Source of the DNA: Candidatus Eiseniibacteriota bacterium
GTDB lineage: Bacteria; Eisenbacteria; RBG-16-71-46; JABDJR01
Reading direction: 5' to 3'
DNA length: 64,000 bases
Assembly (NCBI GenBank): GCA_963783375.1
Contig: CAWANH010000028.1
Location: 1,792,001-1,856,000, forward strand
Below, one piece after another: positions 26,476 to 36,094 of the stretch; position 1 is the stretch's first letter; every line of letters begins with the position of its first letter. The notes beneath the pieces are model-generated. The model did no database searches. It saw only the letters and a list, made by a program, of their open reading frames with translations, and was not told the origin of the DNA. The translations under genes were made by a program, and so were the position numbers.

Positions 26476-29441
26476 CGGCCCGCCCCCGTGAGATAGGCGT
26501 GAACGGCTTCGGCGGCCTTCTTTCCCGAGCGGACGGCGTGGGACACCGTTCCGAACCCGGTGGAAAGATCGCCGGCCGCGAAGACTCCCGGCAGGTTGGT
26601 GGCGGTGGAGAAATCGGTGGTCACGATTTTCCGGTCGTGGAGAAGCTCGGGGGGAAGATCGCTGAAGCCGGCCCGCTCGCCCACCGCGGTCACCACCTGG
26701 TCGTACTCCTCGGTGTATTCCGAGCCCTCGACGGGCACCGGCCGGCGCCGTCCGCTGGCGTCAGGTTCCCCCGGCCGCATGCGGGTGAAGGTCACCGAGA
26801 GCCGCCCGCCCTGCATCCCGATCCGGATCGGGGCGGCGTAGGTTACCACCGGGATGCCTTCCTTCTGGAGATCCTCGACCTCTTCGGGGATGGCCGGCAT
26901 ATCCTCGACCCCGCGGCGATAGACCACCACCGGAGTGGCCCCGCGCCGCTTGACCGAGCGGGCCACGTCCATGGCGGTGTTCCCGCCCCCCACCACCAGG
27001 ACGTGCTTTCCCACCTCGACCTTCCGGCCCAGGTTGAGATCGCGCAGCAGTTCCACGCCGTGGACCACGCCGGCCAGATCCTCCCCCGGCACCCCCATGG
27101 GGGCGGTCTCGGAGAACCCGGTGGCCAGGACCACCGCGTCGAAGTCGCGGTCGATGAGGCCGAAGGCGAGCTCGCGTCCCACCGCGATGTCGGTGCGGAA
27201 GGTCACCCCCTTCTCTCCCAGCCGGACCAGGAACCGGTCCAGGGTCTCGCGGGGGAGGCGGAAGTCGGGGATTCCCGCCCGGAGCATGCCGCCGATCTCG
27301 GGGAGCTGCTCGAGCACGGTGACCGCGTAGCCCATCCCGGCCAGGTACCAGGCGCCGGCGAGGCCGGCGGGGCCGCTTCCCACCACCGCGACCTTCTCGG
27401 TCCGGGGATCGGGCGCCTGTCCGTTCCCGTTCCGGCGCCCGTGCTCCAGCCCCCAGTCGCCGATGAACTTCTCCACCGCGCGGATGGAGAAGCGGGCGCC
27501 GTCGCCGGTCCCGAACTCCCGGGTCAGCTCGGCGAAGCGCTGGTCGTAGACGCCGTGGAGGTCCAGACCCAGGGTGTTGATGTCGGTCTCGCAGGGATGC
27601 GGGCACACCCGGCCGGTGATGGAGGGAAAGGGATTGGTCTGGGTGAGGAGATCGTAGGCCTCCGCGTACCGCTTCTGGACCGTGAGCTCCAGGAATCCGG
27701 CCACGTCGTTCCCCGCCGGGCAGTCGTAGCACACCTGCTGGCACATGGAGCAGCCGTTGCAGAGTTCCTGGTTCACGGTCGGGGAATCGGATACGAAGCC
27801 GATGGCCGGGCACCCGATGGACAGGCAGGACTCGCAGTGGGTGCACTGGTCGGCCCGCACCTGGACCGGCGGGGCAAAGATCAGCTTCTCGTTCAGGACG
27901 CACCCGTTCTGGACGACGATGACCGAGGGCTCGTCCGCCTCCACCTCCTCCCGCACCGCCTTCTCGAGGTCGAGGAGCCGGTAGGCGTCGGCGGTCCGCA
28001 CCCGGCGGATCCCCACCGCCCGGGCCAGGGCCGGGATGTCCAGCCGGGGGGCGTCCTCGCCGTTCAGCCGCTTCCCGGTGGCCGGATGGGGCTGGTGGCC
28101 GGTCATGGCGGTGGTGCGGTTGTCCAGGACCAGGATCGTGCCGGTGCCGCCGTTGTAGACCGCGTCCACCAGGCCGGTGATCCCGGAGTGGACGAAGGTG
28201 GAGTCGCCGATCACCCCCACCACCCGGCGCCGGTCCTCGGGAGGGAGGGCCCGGGAGAGTCCGGTGCTCATGCCCACGCTCGCCCCCATGCAGAGACAGG
28301 TGTCCATGGCATTCAGGGGCTTCAGGGCCCCCAGGGTGTAGCACCCGATGTCTCCGGTCACGATCAGGTTCAGCCGCTGGAGCACCGTGAACACCCCGCG
28401 ATGGCCGCACCCGGGGCAGAGCACCGGGGGCCGGGCGGGGAGGGACGCGTCCACCACCGGCGGCGGGACCTCGGACCGGCCCTTGAAGTCGGCCATGGCC
28501 GCCACCAGGTCGGGGTCCAGCTCGCCCGTTTCCGGCCGGAGGTCGCGGCCCTGGACGTCGATCCCCAGGGACCGGATCTGCTCCTCCAGATACGGATCCA
28601 GCTCCTCCACCACGATGACCTTCCTCACCGAGGCGGCGAAGTCCCGGATCAGGGTCTCGGGGAGGGGGTTGGTGAGGCCGATCTTCAGGTGCGAGGCCTC
28701 GGGGAAGGATTCCATGGCGTAGAGCCAGGCCGCGCCGCTCGAGATGACACCCAGATCGGCCCCGCGGCGGCGGATCACGTTCAACCGCCGCATGGACGAC
28801 GCGTCCACCTTGAGCCGCTGCATCCGCTCCTCCACCAGCACGTGGCGCCGGCGGGCGTTGGCGGGGAGAAGAACGTACTTGGACGGGTCCTTCCGGAAGG
28901 GCTTCCGCTCGGGGGTCTTCGGCTCGCCGAGATCCACCTCCCCCTCGGCGTGGCAGATGCGCGTGGTGAGCCGCAGCATGACCGGGGTGTCGTAGGCCTC
29001 GGAAAGCTCGAAGGCCAGGCGGGTGAACTCCTTGGCCTCCTCACTGGTGGAGGGCTCGATCATGGGGATCTTGGCCGCCCGCGCCAGCCAGCGGTTGTCC
29101 TGCTCGTTCTGGGAGGAGTGCATGCCGGGGTCGTCCGCGGAAACCACCACCAGACCCCCGTTCACCCCCATGTAGGAGTGGCTGAACAGGGGGTCCGCGG
29201 CCACGTTCACGCCCACGTGCTTCATGGTCACCAGGACCCGGGCCCCGCCCAGGCTGGCCCCCACGCCCGATTCGTAGGCCACCTTCTCGTTGGGGGCCCA
29301 GCGGGCGTCCACTCCGGGGTAGCCGGTGAGGGCCTCCAGGATCTCGGTGGAGGGAGTCCCCGGGTACCCACTGGCGAAGGTGACCCCGCACTCGTAGGCT
29401 CCGCGGGCGACGGCTTCATTTCCGGTCAGGAGCTTCTTCAT
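26472..29441 (-). CDS. iorA: Indolepyruvate oxidoreductase alpha fused to a GltD/NfnB-like FAD-NADP(H) domain
   Basis: LLTGNEA, YPGTPSTEI, MKHVG, LCPGCGH, GDIGC, GDSTF..SG...LDNRTTAMTGHQ, ferredoxin Cys motifs, then GRVCP, VGSGPAGL, GGGNTAMD, YRRG, FAAGD. Confidence 0.9.
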   Translation of the reverse strand: MKKLLTGNEAVARGAYECGVTFASGYPGTPSTEILEALTGYPGVDARWAPNEKVAYESGVGASLGGARVLVTMKHVGVNVAADPLFSHSYMGVNGGLVVVSADDPGMHSSQNEQDNRWLARAAKIPMIEPSTSEEAKEFTRLAFELSEAYDTPVMLRLTTRICHAEGEVDLGEPKTPERKPFRKDPSKYVLLPANARRRHVLVEERMQRLKVDASSMRRLNVIRRRGADLGVISSGAAWLYAMESFPEASHLKIGLTNPLPETLIRDFAASVRKVIVVEELDPYLEEQIRSLGIDVQGRDLRPETGELDPDLVAAMADFKGRSEVPPPVVDASLPARPPVLCPGCGHRGVFTVLQRLNLIVTGDIGCYTLGALKPLNAMDTCLCMGASVGMSTGLSRALPPEDRRRVVGVIGDSTFVHSGITGLVDAVYNGGTGTILVLDNRTTAMTGHQPHPATGKRLNGEDAPRLDIPALARAVGIRRVRTADAYRLLDLEKAVREEVEADEPSVIVVQNGCVLNEKLIFAPPVQVRADQCTHCESCLSIGCPAIGFVSDSPTVNQELCNGCSMCQQVCYDCPAGNDVAGFLELTVQKRYAEAYDLLTQTNPFPSITGRVCPHPCETDINTLGLDLHGVYDQRFAELTREFGTGDGARFSIRAVEKFIGDWGLEHGRRNGNGQAPDPRTEKVAVVGSGPAGLAGAWYLAGMGYAVTVLEQLPEIGGMLRAGIPDFRLPRETLDRFLVRLGEKGVTFRTDIAVGRELAFGLIDRDFDAVVLATGFSETAPMGVPGEDLAGVVHGVELLRDLNLGRKVEVGKHVLVVGGGNTAMDVARSVKRRGATPVVVYRRGVEDMPAIPEEVEDLQKEGIPVVTYAAPIRIGMQGGRLSVTFTRMRPGEPDASGRRRPVPVEGSEYTEEYDQVVTAVGERAGFSDLPPELLHDRKIVTTDFSTATNLPGVFAAGDLSTGFGTVSHAVRSGKKAAEAVHAYLTGAGR

Positions 29442-29851
29442 CGAACCTCGGCCTGGTGTGAAAAGAGGAGAATTCTAGGCGCGTATCCATCCTAGTGGGT
29501 CGGGCCCGGCTCAAGGTCAAAGATAAGCGGGATAAACGCTATTCAAATCGTGGATGTATAAGCCTTGTACGCGGTTGGCCCCGCCCTGGGGCGGCCGGGA
29601 GGCCCTCGCGACCCGATCCGCCTCGTGGGGGCGGGCAGGTCCGGGCCGGGCCCGGGACGCCCCGGCCCGGGGGAGCCGCGTTCCCCGGGATTGGGACAGA
29701 CACCGGCGTGGAAACGGCATATATTCTAAAGGTTGCGGGTTTGTTCCGAGGGCGCGGGTTACCCTATCAAGGGATTCCGCCGACAGCGCGGGACCTTCGA
29801 ATTTTCAGGCGGCGTGAGCGTCCCTCGGGAGGGAAGGAAGGGAGTCGGATC

Positions 29852-31174
29852 ATGGCGAAATTGAAGGACATCTTGCTCGAGAAGATCGAGGAGCACCGGC
29901 CTCGGACGACCGCGCTCCTCAAGGACCATGCCGACGTGAAGCTCGGCGAGGTCACGATCGGTCAGGCCATCGGGGGCGCGCGCGGGGTGCGCTGCCTGGT
30001 CACCGACATCTCCTACCTGGACCCCATGGAGGGCATTCGTTTCCGGGGAAAGACCATCCCCGAGACCTTCGCCGCCCTCCCCGAGGTCACGGGTCAGGAG
30101 TATCCGTACGTCGAGGGATTCTGGTTCTTCCTCCTCACCGGCCGGATCCCGACCGCGGCCGAAGCCGATGAGGTGGTGGAGGATTTCAAGCGCCGGGCCG
30201 AGGTCCCCCAGTACGTCTTCGACGTGCTCCGGGCCATGCCCCGCGACACCCATCCCATGACCATGTTCTCGGCGGCCATCCTGTCCATGCAGCGCGAATC
30301 CCGGTTCATCCACGAGTACCACAAGGGGATGAACAAGATGGACTACTGGGATCCGATGTACGAGGACGCCTCGACCATCCTGGCCCGGCTTCCCCGGATC
30401 GCCGCCTACATCTACCGCATGAAGTACCGGGGCGATACCCACATCGCCGCCGATCCCAACCTGGACCTGGGCGGAAACTTCGCCCGCATGATGGGGATTC
30501 CCAAGCCCTACGACGACGTGGCCCGGATGTACTTCATCCTCCACTCCGACCACGAGTCGGGGAACGTCTCCGCCCACACCGTGCACCTGGTGGCCTCGGC
30601 GCTGTCCGACTCCTACTACGCCCTCTCCGCGGGCATGAACGGCCTGGCCGGGCCGCTCCACGGGCTGGCCAACGAGGAGGTGCTGCGCTGGACCCAGACC
30701 TTCATGGACAAGCTGGGCGGGAAGCTCCCCACCGAGAAGGAGCTCAAGGACGCACTGTGGGAGACCCTGAACAGCGGCCAGGTGATCCCCGGTTACGGCC
30801 ACGCGGTGCTCCGGAAGACCGACCCGCGCTACATGGCCCAGCGTGAGTTCTGTCTGAAGCACCTGCCGGACTTCCCGCTCTTCAAGCTGGTGAGCATGAT
30901 CTACGAGGTCGCGCCGCCCATCCTGAAGGAGCAGGGGAAGGCCAAGAATCCCTGGCCCAACGTGGATGCCCAGTCCGGGGTCATCCAGTGGTACTACGGG
31001 GTCACCGAGTACGAGTTCTACACCGTGCTGTTCGGGGTGGGGCGCGCGATCGGGACCCTGGCCAACATCATCTGGGACCGCGCCCTGGGTTACCCCATCG
31101 AGCGGCCCAAGTCGGTGACCACGGCCATGCTGGAAGAGGCGGCGAAGAACGCCATGGCGGGATCGGCCAAGTAG
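29852..31174 (+). CDS. gltA: Citrate (Si)-synthase, eukaryotic/Geobacter type
   Basis: IGGARGV, EGIRFRG, HSDHESGNVSAH, GLAGPLHGLAN, PGYGHAVLRKTDPRY, KNPWPNVDA, PIERPKS; strong RBS. Confidence 0.95.
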   Translation: MAKLKDILLEKIEEHRPRTTALLKDHADVKLGEVTIGQAIGGARGVRCLVTDISYLDPMEGIRFRGKTIPETFAALPEVTGQEYPYVEGFWFFLLTGRIPTAAEADEVVEDFKRRAEVPQYVFDVLRAMPRDTHPMTMFSAAILSMQRESRFIHEYHKGMNKMDYWDPMYEDASTILARLPRIAAYIYRMKYRGDTHIAADPNLDLGGNFARMMGIPKPYDDVARMYFILHSDHESGNVSAHTVHLVASALSDSYYALSAGMNGLAGPLHGLANEEVLRWTQTFMDKLGGKLPTEKELKDALWETLNSGQVIPGYGHAVLRKTDPRYMAQREFCLKHLPDFPLFKLVSMIYEVAPPILKEQGKAKNPWPNVDAQSGVIQWYYGVTEYEFYTVLFGVGRAIGTLANIIWDRALGYPIERPKSVTTAMLEEAAKNAMAGSAK

Positions 31175-31196
31175 CCGGGTTCCCGCGTCGATGAAC

Positions 31197-31231
31197 GGGC
31201 CCCGGGGCGCGACGGCGTTCCGGGGCCCCTT
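31197..31231 (+). terminator. GC-rich hairpin after gltA
   Basis: GGGCCCCGGGGCGC-GACG-GCGTTCCGGGGCCC, short T tail. Confidence 0.5.
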
Positions 31232-31239
31232 GCTATAAT
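31231..31239 (+). promoter_or_regulatory. Extended -10 promoter for the ACS-GNAT gene
   Basis: TGCTATAAT, perfect TGn-TATAAT. Confidence 0.6.
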
Positions 31240-31299
31240 CCCCGCTCTCATTCACGCTCCGCGTCATGTTGTGCCATTGGTCCGGGAGGAGATCTTCTC

Positions 31300-34200
31300 G
31301 TGAGCGCTGAGAGCGAATCCGGCCGCGAGTTCCTCACCCGGCTCCGCGAGGGTTCGGCCGGCGACGCCGCGGAGAGGGTGGGGGAGGACCTGAACGCCCT
31401 CCTCGGCCTGATCCTGGCCGGGCCCCCTCCCAGCGCCGGAGACCTCGGAAATCTTGCCGTCGCGGACGAATTCCTCGGGTTCGTGGCCGACGGCCGGCTG
31501 GACGAGGCGGTGTCGGCGGATCTCGACCTGGACGCCTTCGCCGCCCTTGGTGAGCGCCTGGCCGAGGCCATGGAGCCGGCCGGTGGACCGGCGGGCGAGC
31601 CGCTGCGTCCCCACGGATGGGGATGGCTCGACGCGGTGCGCCGCCCCGCGCTCCTGGCCCGGATCACCGCGGCCGGGGCGACCGAACGCTTCCTGGATCT
31701 CATCCTCCGGCTGATCGACGCCTCGGGCTACACCCTGGCCCGGATGTTCGCCCAGCGGGTCGAGAGCTACGGACCCACCACGCTCTTTCGGACCGCTTCC
31801 GCGGGGCGGGAGATCCGACACACCTGGCTCGCGGCGGCCGCCCAGGCCGACGGCATCGCCCGGGGCCTCCTCGCCCTCCTGAGCGAAACCGGACGTGGCC
31901 CGGTGGCCGTGCTCTCCGAGAACCGCTTCGAGATGGCTCTGGTGGACATCGCCTGCCTCACCACCGGCATCGTGAACGTGATGATCCCGGCCACCGCCAC
32001 CGATGCCGACGCCGCCTACATCCTGGAACAGACCGGGGCGACGGTCCTGATCGCCTCGGGAGAGCGGGAGCTGGACAAGGTCGAACGCCACCGGGCGTCG
32101 CTTCCCGCTCTCCGGTCGGTGGTGACCTTCGATCGGGTGCGGGAAGGCCGCGAGGCACGATCCCTCTCCGAGATCGTGGCCCGGGGCCGCGCTCTCGACC
32201 GCGACCGTCTGGAGCGTGAGCGGCAGGGGATCGAACTGGACGCCCTCGCCACCCTCATGTACACCTCGGGAACCACCGGGAAGCCCAAGGGCATCCGCTT
32301 CTCCCAGCGGAACCTGGTGTCCAAGCGCTTCGCCCGGGCCCTGGCCCTCTCCGAGATCGGCGACCACGACGTGTTCCTGGCCTACCTCCCCCTCTACCAC
32401 ACCTTCGGGCGGTACCTGGAGCTCTGGGGCTCGATCTTCTGGGGGGCGGCCTACGTCTTCCTCCCCGACCCGTCGATCGAGAACCTGCGGGAGAACCTCC
32501 GCCGGATCCGTCCCACCGTGTTCATCAGCGTGCCGAAGAAGTGGATGGAACTCTGGGAGGAGATCGGCCGGCGGGTCGACGTGGAGCTCGATCCCGACGA
32601 GAAGCTCCTGGCCGCGACCCGGGAGGTGGTGGGGGACCGGCTTCGCTGGGGGATCTCCGCCGCGGGATATCTCGCCCCGGAGATCTTCCGGTTCTTCGCC
32701 CGGCAGGGGGTGGAGCTGTTGAGCGGCTTCGGCATGACCGAGGCCACCGGGGGGATCACCATGACCCCGCCCGGCGGCTACCGTGACGAGAGCCTCGGGA
32801 CGCCGCTCCCCGGGATCGACGTGGACCTGGCCCACGACGGCGAGATGCTGATCCGCGGCCCCTACGTGATGCTGGGCTACGAGGATCCCGAGGGCGGGGC
32901 GAGTTTCGACGACCGGGGCTGGTTCCACACCGGGGACCTGATGGAGCGGGACGAGGACGGTCATTATCGCCTGGTGGACCGGAAAAAGGAGATCTACAAG
33001 AACATCAAGGGGGAGTCGGTGGCCCCCCAGCGGGTGGAGAACCTCTTCCGGGATTTCGACGAGATCGCCCGGGTGTTCCTGGTCGGGGATCACAAACCCT
33101 ACAACACGCTCCTCATCGTGGCGAATCCCGACTACGACGAGGTGGACCTCGGGGCCATGAGCGAGAGCGAGCGGCGGGATCATTTCCGGTCGCTGGTGGT
33201 CTCGGTGAACCGGTTCCTCGCCCCCTACGAGCGGGTGGTGGATTTCGCCCTCGTGGACCGGGACTTCTCCGCCGACCGGGACGAGCTCACCCCGAAGGGC
33301 ACCTACCGCCGAAAGACCGTGGCCCGGAACTTTGCCGCGGTGATCGACACCCTGTACCGGCGGGTCCACCTCAAGTCGGACGACCTGGGGGTGGAGATCC
33401 ACGTTCCCAACTGGCTCTTTCAGGCCCTGGGTCTGACCGCGGGGGACGTCCGGCTCGCCGGCGGCCGCCTCACCCTGGCCCCCACCGGGGCCTCGCTCAC
33501 CGTCGAGAGCCGGTCGCGGGACGCGGAGGGCGAGGTGGTGCGGATCGGCTCCTGCCGCTACCTGGCGCGACGACGGGTGGTGGATCTGGGGGCGCTCCTC
33601 GCCTCGCCCGCCCTCTGGCTCGGTAACGAGGAGCTGGTGGGTCTGGCCCCGCTCGAGACCTCGGCGCGGGTCCGCCGGGCGCGCCCTCCCCGCGATCTTG
33701 CGCTCCTGGGGCGCGCCGTCCCCTATCACCCCGGCGGCGATGAGCTGGACCGCCTGCGGCATGCCCTGGTCGATCCCGGCCCGGGGCTGGAGGAGCTGGA
33801 TCTGGCCGCCCGCGCCCTGGCCTCGCCGGCCGAGGAACACGGCCTCCTGGCTCTTTCGGTGATGGCCCGGGCGCTGCGGAGCGAGGAGGGGCTCCTTCTC
33901 GACACCGCGCTCACCGCGCTACGCGGGGCCTCGGACGTGCGGACGCCGGCGATCCGGCGCCGCGCCTTCGAGATCCTCTTTCCCGCGGAGCGGGAACACC
34001 AGGTCCCGGCCACCCTGGATCGGTTCCTGGGCGGGGCGGAAACGCTTCTGGACGAGCCCACCATCGCCCGCCTGTGCGGGGAAGCGCTGAGCGCGGAAAA
34101 GATCCAGGCGTTGATCCGCCATGCCCGGATCGCGGTGGAGGCGGCGGCATCGGAAGACGACCCCGGCCTCGGGACGGCGGCGTCCCTCCTCCGGCTCCTG

Positions 34201-36087
34201 GCCGCCTACGGAACCGGCCATCCCGCCGCGTTCGAGCCCCTCCGCGCGGCCCTGGCCCGGGCCCAGGTCTCCGCCTTCCCGCCGTCGCTCCGGGAGGAGG
34301 CGGCCCGGGGACTGGACCGCCTCACCGAGGGGTTCCGGGACTGGCTGGGACCGGTGCGGCCCATCGCGGTCGATCCCGACGAGGGGAACGAGTATCGCTG
34401 GGAGGACGTGGTGACCTTCGAGGACACGGTGTCCGAGGAGGACCGGCGGCGGATCCTGAGGGCGATCTCCACCACCGGGCTCGTCCGCGAGGCGGTGTAT
34501 CTCTTCTCCGGCGAGGCGCTCCTCCAGCTCTCGGACATCCCCCGGGGGGGAATCTGGGTGAGCCTGCTCGGAGCCCGCCACGGCCGGGCGGTCTACCGCC
34601 TCACCGCGCACACCCGCCGGCAGGGCTCCTTCGACCTGGCCCTGAACGTGAACCACCGGGAGAGCGCAGCGGAGATGATGGCGGAGGTCCGCTGGTTGGT
34701 GATCACCGGCGAGGGCGAGGGCCGCGGCCCATTGGTGGAAAAATTCGGGGGCTACTGGCCGGAATTCGATCTATGGACCGAGGAGTTCATCGCCGGGGAG
34801 ACCCTGGACCGGGTGGTGGCCCGCCTGGCCCAGCGGCGGGCCGAGGACCCGGTGGACCGGCTGCGGCTGGTCTGGCCCTTCTTCGTGTACAGCGCGGCGG
34901 GGGCGTTCCTGGACTTCTGGAACCGCACCGGACGGCGGTACGCGCTCGCCGAGCCCTCGGCGGGGGACATCATCGTCCCCACCCACGACTACCAGACCGG
35001 AACCCGCATCGTTTCCATCGCCCGCCGGCGTTCCGCCCCGCCGGTGGGAGAGCTCCTGGATGAACTCTGGAACCACCTGGTGATCCCGATGGTGGAGCGG
35101 CACCCGGTCCTGGACGGAGTGGCCCCTCCGGACGAGCTCTTGACCGCGTTCCTGGAGGTGGTGGGGGTTCACGCGGGGACCGCGCTTCTCGCCGACGCGC
35201 AAGGAGGGACCGGACCGGTGACCGGCGCGGTGGACGGGTATCTTCGCGAGGTGGAGCGCGAGGGCTTCGTTCCCCGGCGCCTCCGCTCGGCGATCGATCG
35301 CTACCATCGATGGGCGGCCCTGGCTCCCGACGCTCCCCCTCCGGCCCTGGCCCAGACCGTGCAGGAGCTTTTCGAGACCTATCGTCTGGCCGATCTCCTC
35401 CGCGAGTACCCCGACACCCGGGTGCGGTTCTTCCGGGAGACGGTGTTCAGGGAGGGGCCGGAGCCGGTGACCCGGGGGCTGGACTCGCTCCTTTCCACGC
35501 TCCGCGAGCGCACCCTGGAGGGGGACGATCTGGTGGACCGGCTGAGCGAGCTCCGAATGCACCTCGAACCCGGTTCGCCGGGGGAGTACTTCCTGGCCCG
35601 CCTCACCTACCCGCACCTTCGGCCGAGCGACGAGGCGGGCTTCCTCTCCACCGACCTCGGCGGCGTCCGCCAGACCGACATCGTGGTGTCGCTGGAGGAC
35701 AACCAGGGGCGCCCCTACCAGGTGCGCCAGCCGGTGAATCCCAAGGAGGTCGGCCGGCTCCACCGGCTCTTCCTGGGGGCGAAGCTCGACGTGCAGTTCC
35801 GCGCCGAACACCGCTACCTGGTGGCGGTGAACGAGCGAGGAAGTCTCATCGGCGGCATCTTCTACGACCCGGACGAGGAGAACCGCTCCGCCCACCTGGA
35901 GAAGATCGTGGTGGCCGAACGGTACCGGAAGCTGGGGGTGGGGGAGGGGCTCATGAACGAGTTCTTCAACCGGTTGAAGACCGCGGGGGCGGAATCCGTC
36001 ACCACCGGATTCTTCCGGCCGAGCTACTTCTACCGCTTCGGCTTCACGGTGGGGAAGCGCCGGGCCGGTCTGGTGAAGTCCCTGTGA
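31300..36087 (+). CDS. Multidomain long-chain acyl-CoA synthetase / helical region / kinase-like domain / GNAT acetyltransferase
   Basis: YTSGTTGKPKG, YLPLYH, GFGMTE, GWFHTGD, DRKKEI; C-terminal LEKIVVAERYRKLGVG GNAT motif A; GGAGGAG RBS. Confidence 0.85.
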   Translation: MSAESESGREFLTRLREGSAGDAAERVGEDLNALLGLILAGPPPSAGDLGNLAVADEFLGFVADGRLDEAVSADLDLDAFAALGERLAEAMEPAGGPAGEPLRPHGWGWLDAVRRPALLARITAAGATERFLDLILRLIDASGYTLARMFAQRVESYGPTTLFRTASAGREIRHTWLAAAAQADGIARGLLALLSETGRGPVAVLSENRFEMALVDIACLTTGIVNVMIPATATDADAAYILEQTGATVLIASGERELDKVERHRASLPALRSVVTFDRVREGREARSLSEIVARGRALDRDRLERERQGIELDALATLMYTSGTTGKPKGIRFSQRNLVSKRFARALALSEIGDHDVFLAYLPLYHTFGRYLELWGSIFWGAAYVFLPDPSIENLRENLRRIRPTVFISVPKKWMELWEEIGRRVDVELDPDEKLLAATREVVGDRLRWGISAAGYLAPEIFRFFARQGVELLSGFGMTEATGGITMTPPGGYRDESLGTPLPGIDVDLAHDGEMLIRGPYVMLGYEDPEGGASFDDRGWFHTGDLMERDEDGHYRLVDRKKEIYKNIKGESVAPQRVENLFRDFDEIARVFLVGDHKPYNTLLIVANPDYDEVDLGAMSESERRDHFRSLVVSVNRFLAPYERVVDFALVDRDFSADRDELTPKGTYRRKTVARNFAAVIDTLYRRVHLKSDDLGVEIHVPNWLFQALGLTAGDVRLAGGRLTLAPTGASLTVESRSRDAEGEVVRIGSCRYLARRRVVDLGALLASPALWLGNEELVGLAPLETSARVRRARPPRDLALLGRAVPYHPGGDELDRLRHALVDPGPGLEELDLAARALASPAEEHGLLALSVMARALRSEEGLLLDTALTALRGASDVRTPAIRRRAFEILFPAEREHQVPATLDRFLGGAETLLDEPTIARLCGEALSAEKIQALIRHARIAVEAAASEDDPGLGTAASLLRLLAAYGTGHPAAFEPLRAALARAQVSAFPPSLREEAARGLDRLTEGFRDWLGPVRPIAVDPDEGNEYRWEDVVTFEDTVSEEDRRRILRAISTTGLVREAVYLFSGEALLQLSDIPRGGIWVSLLGARHGRAVYRLTAHTRRQGSFDLALNVNHRESAAEMMAEVRWLVITGEGEGRGPLVEKFGGYWPEFDLWTEEFIAGETLDRVVARLAQRRAEDPVDRLRLVWPFFVYSAAGAFLDFWNRTGRRYALAEPSAGDIIVPTHDYQTGTRIVSIARRRSAPPVGELLDELWNHLVIPMVERHPVLDGVAPPDELLTAFLEVVGVHAGTALLADAQGGTGPVTGAVDGYLREVEREGFVPRRLRSAIDRYHRWAALAPDAPPPALAQTVQELFETYRLADLLREYPDTRVRFFRETVFREGPEPVTRGLDSLLSTLRERTLEGDDLVDRLSELRMHLEPGSPGEYFLARLTYPHLRPSDEAGFLSTDLGGVRQTDIVVSLEDNQGRPYQVRQPVNPKEVGRLHRLFLGAKLDVQFRAEHRYLVAVNERGSLIGGIFYDPDEENRSAHLEKIVVAERYRKLGVGEGLMNEFFNRLKTAGAESVTTGFFRPSYFYRFGFTVGKRRAGLVKSL

Positions 36088-36094
36088 GCGGACG

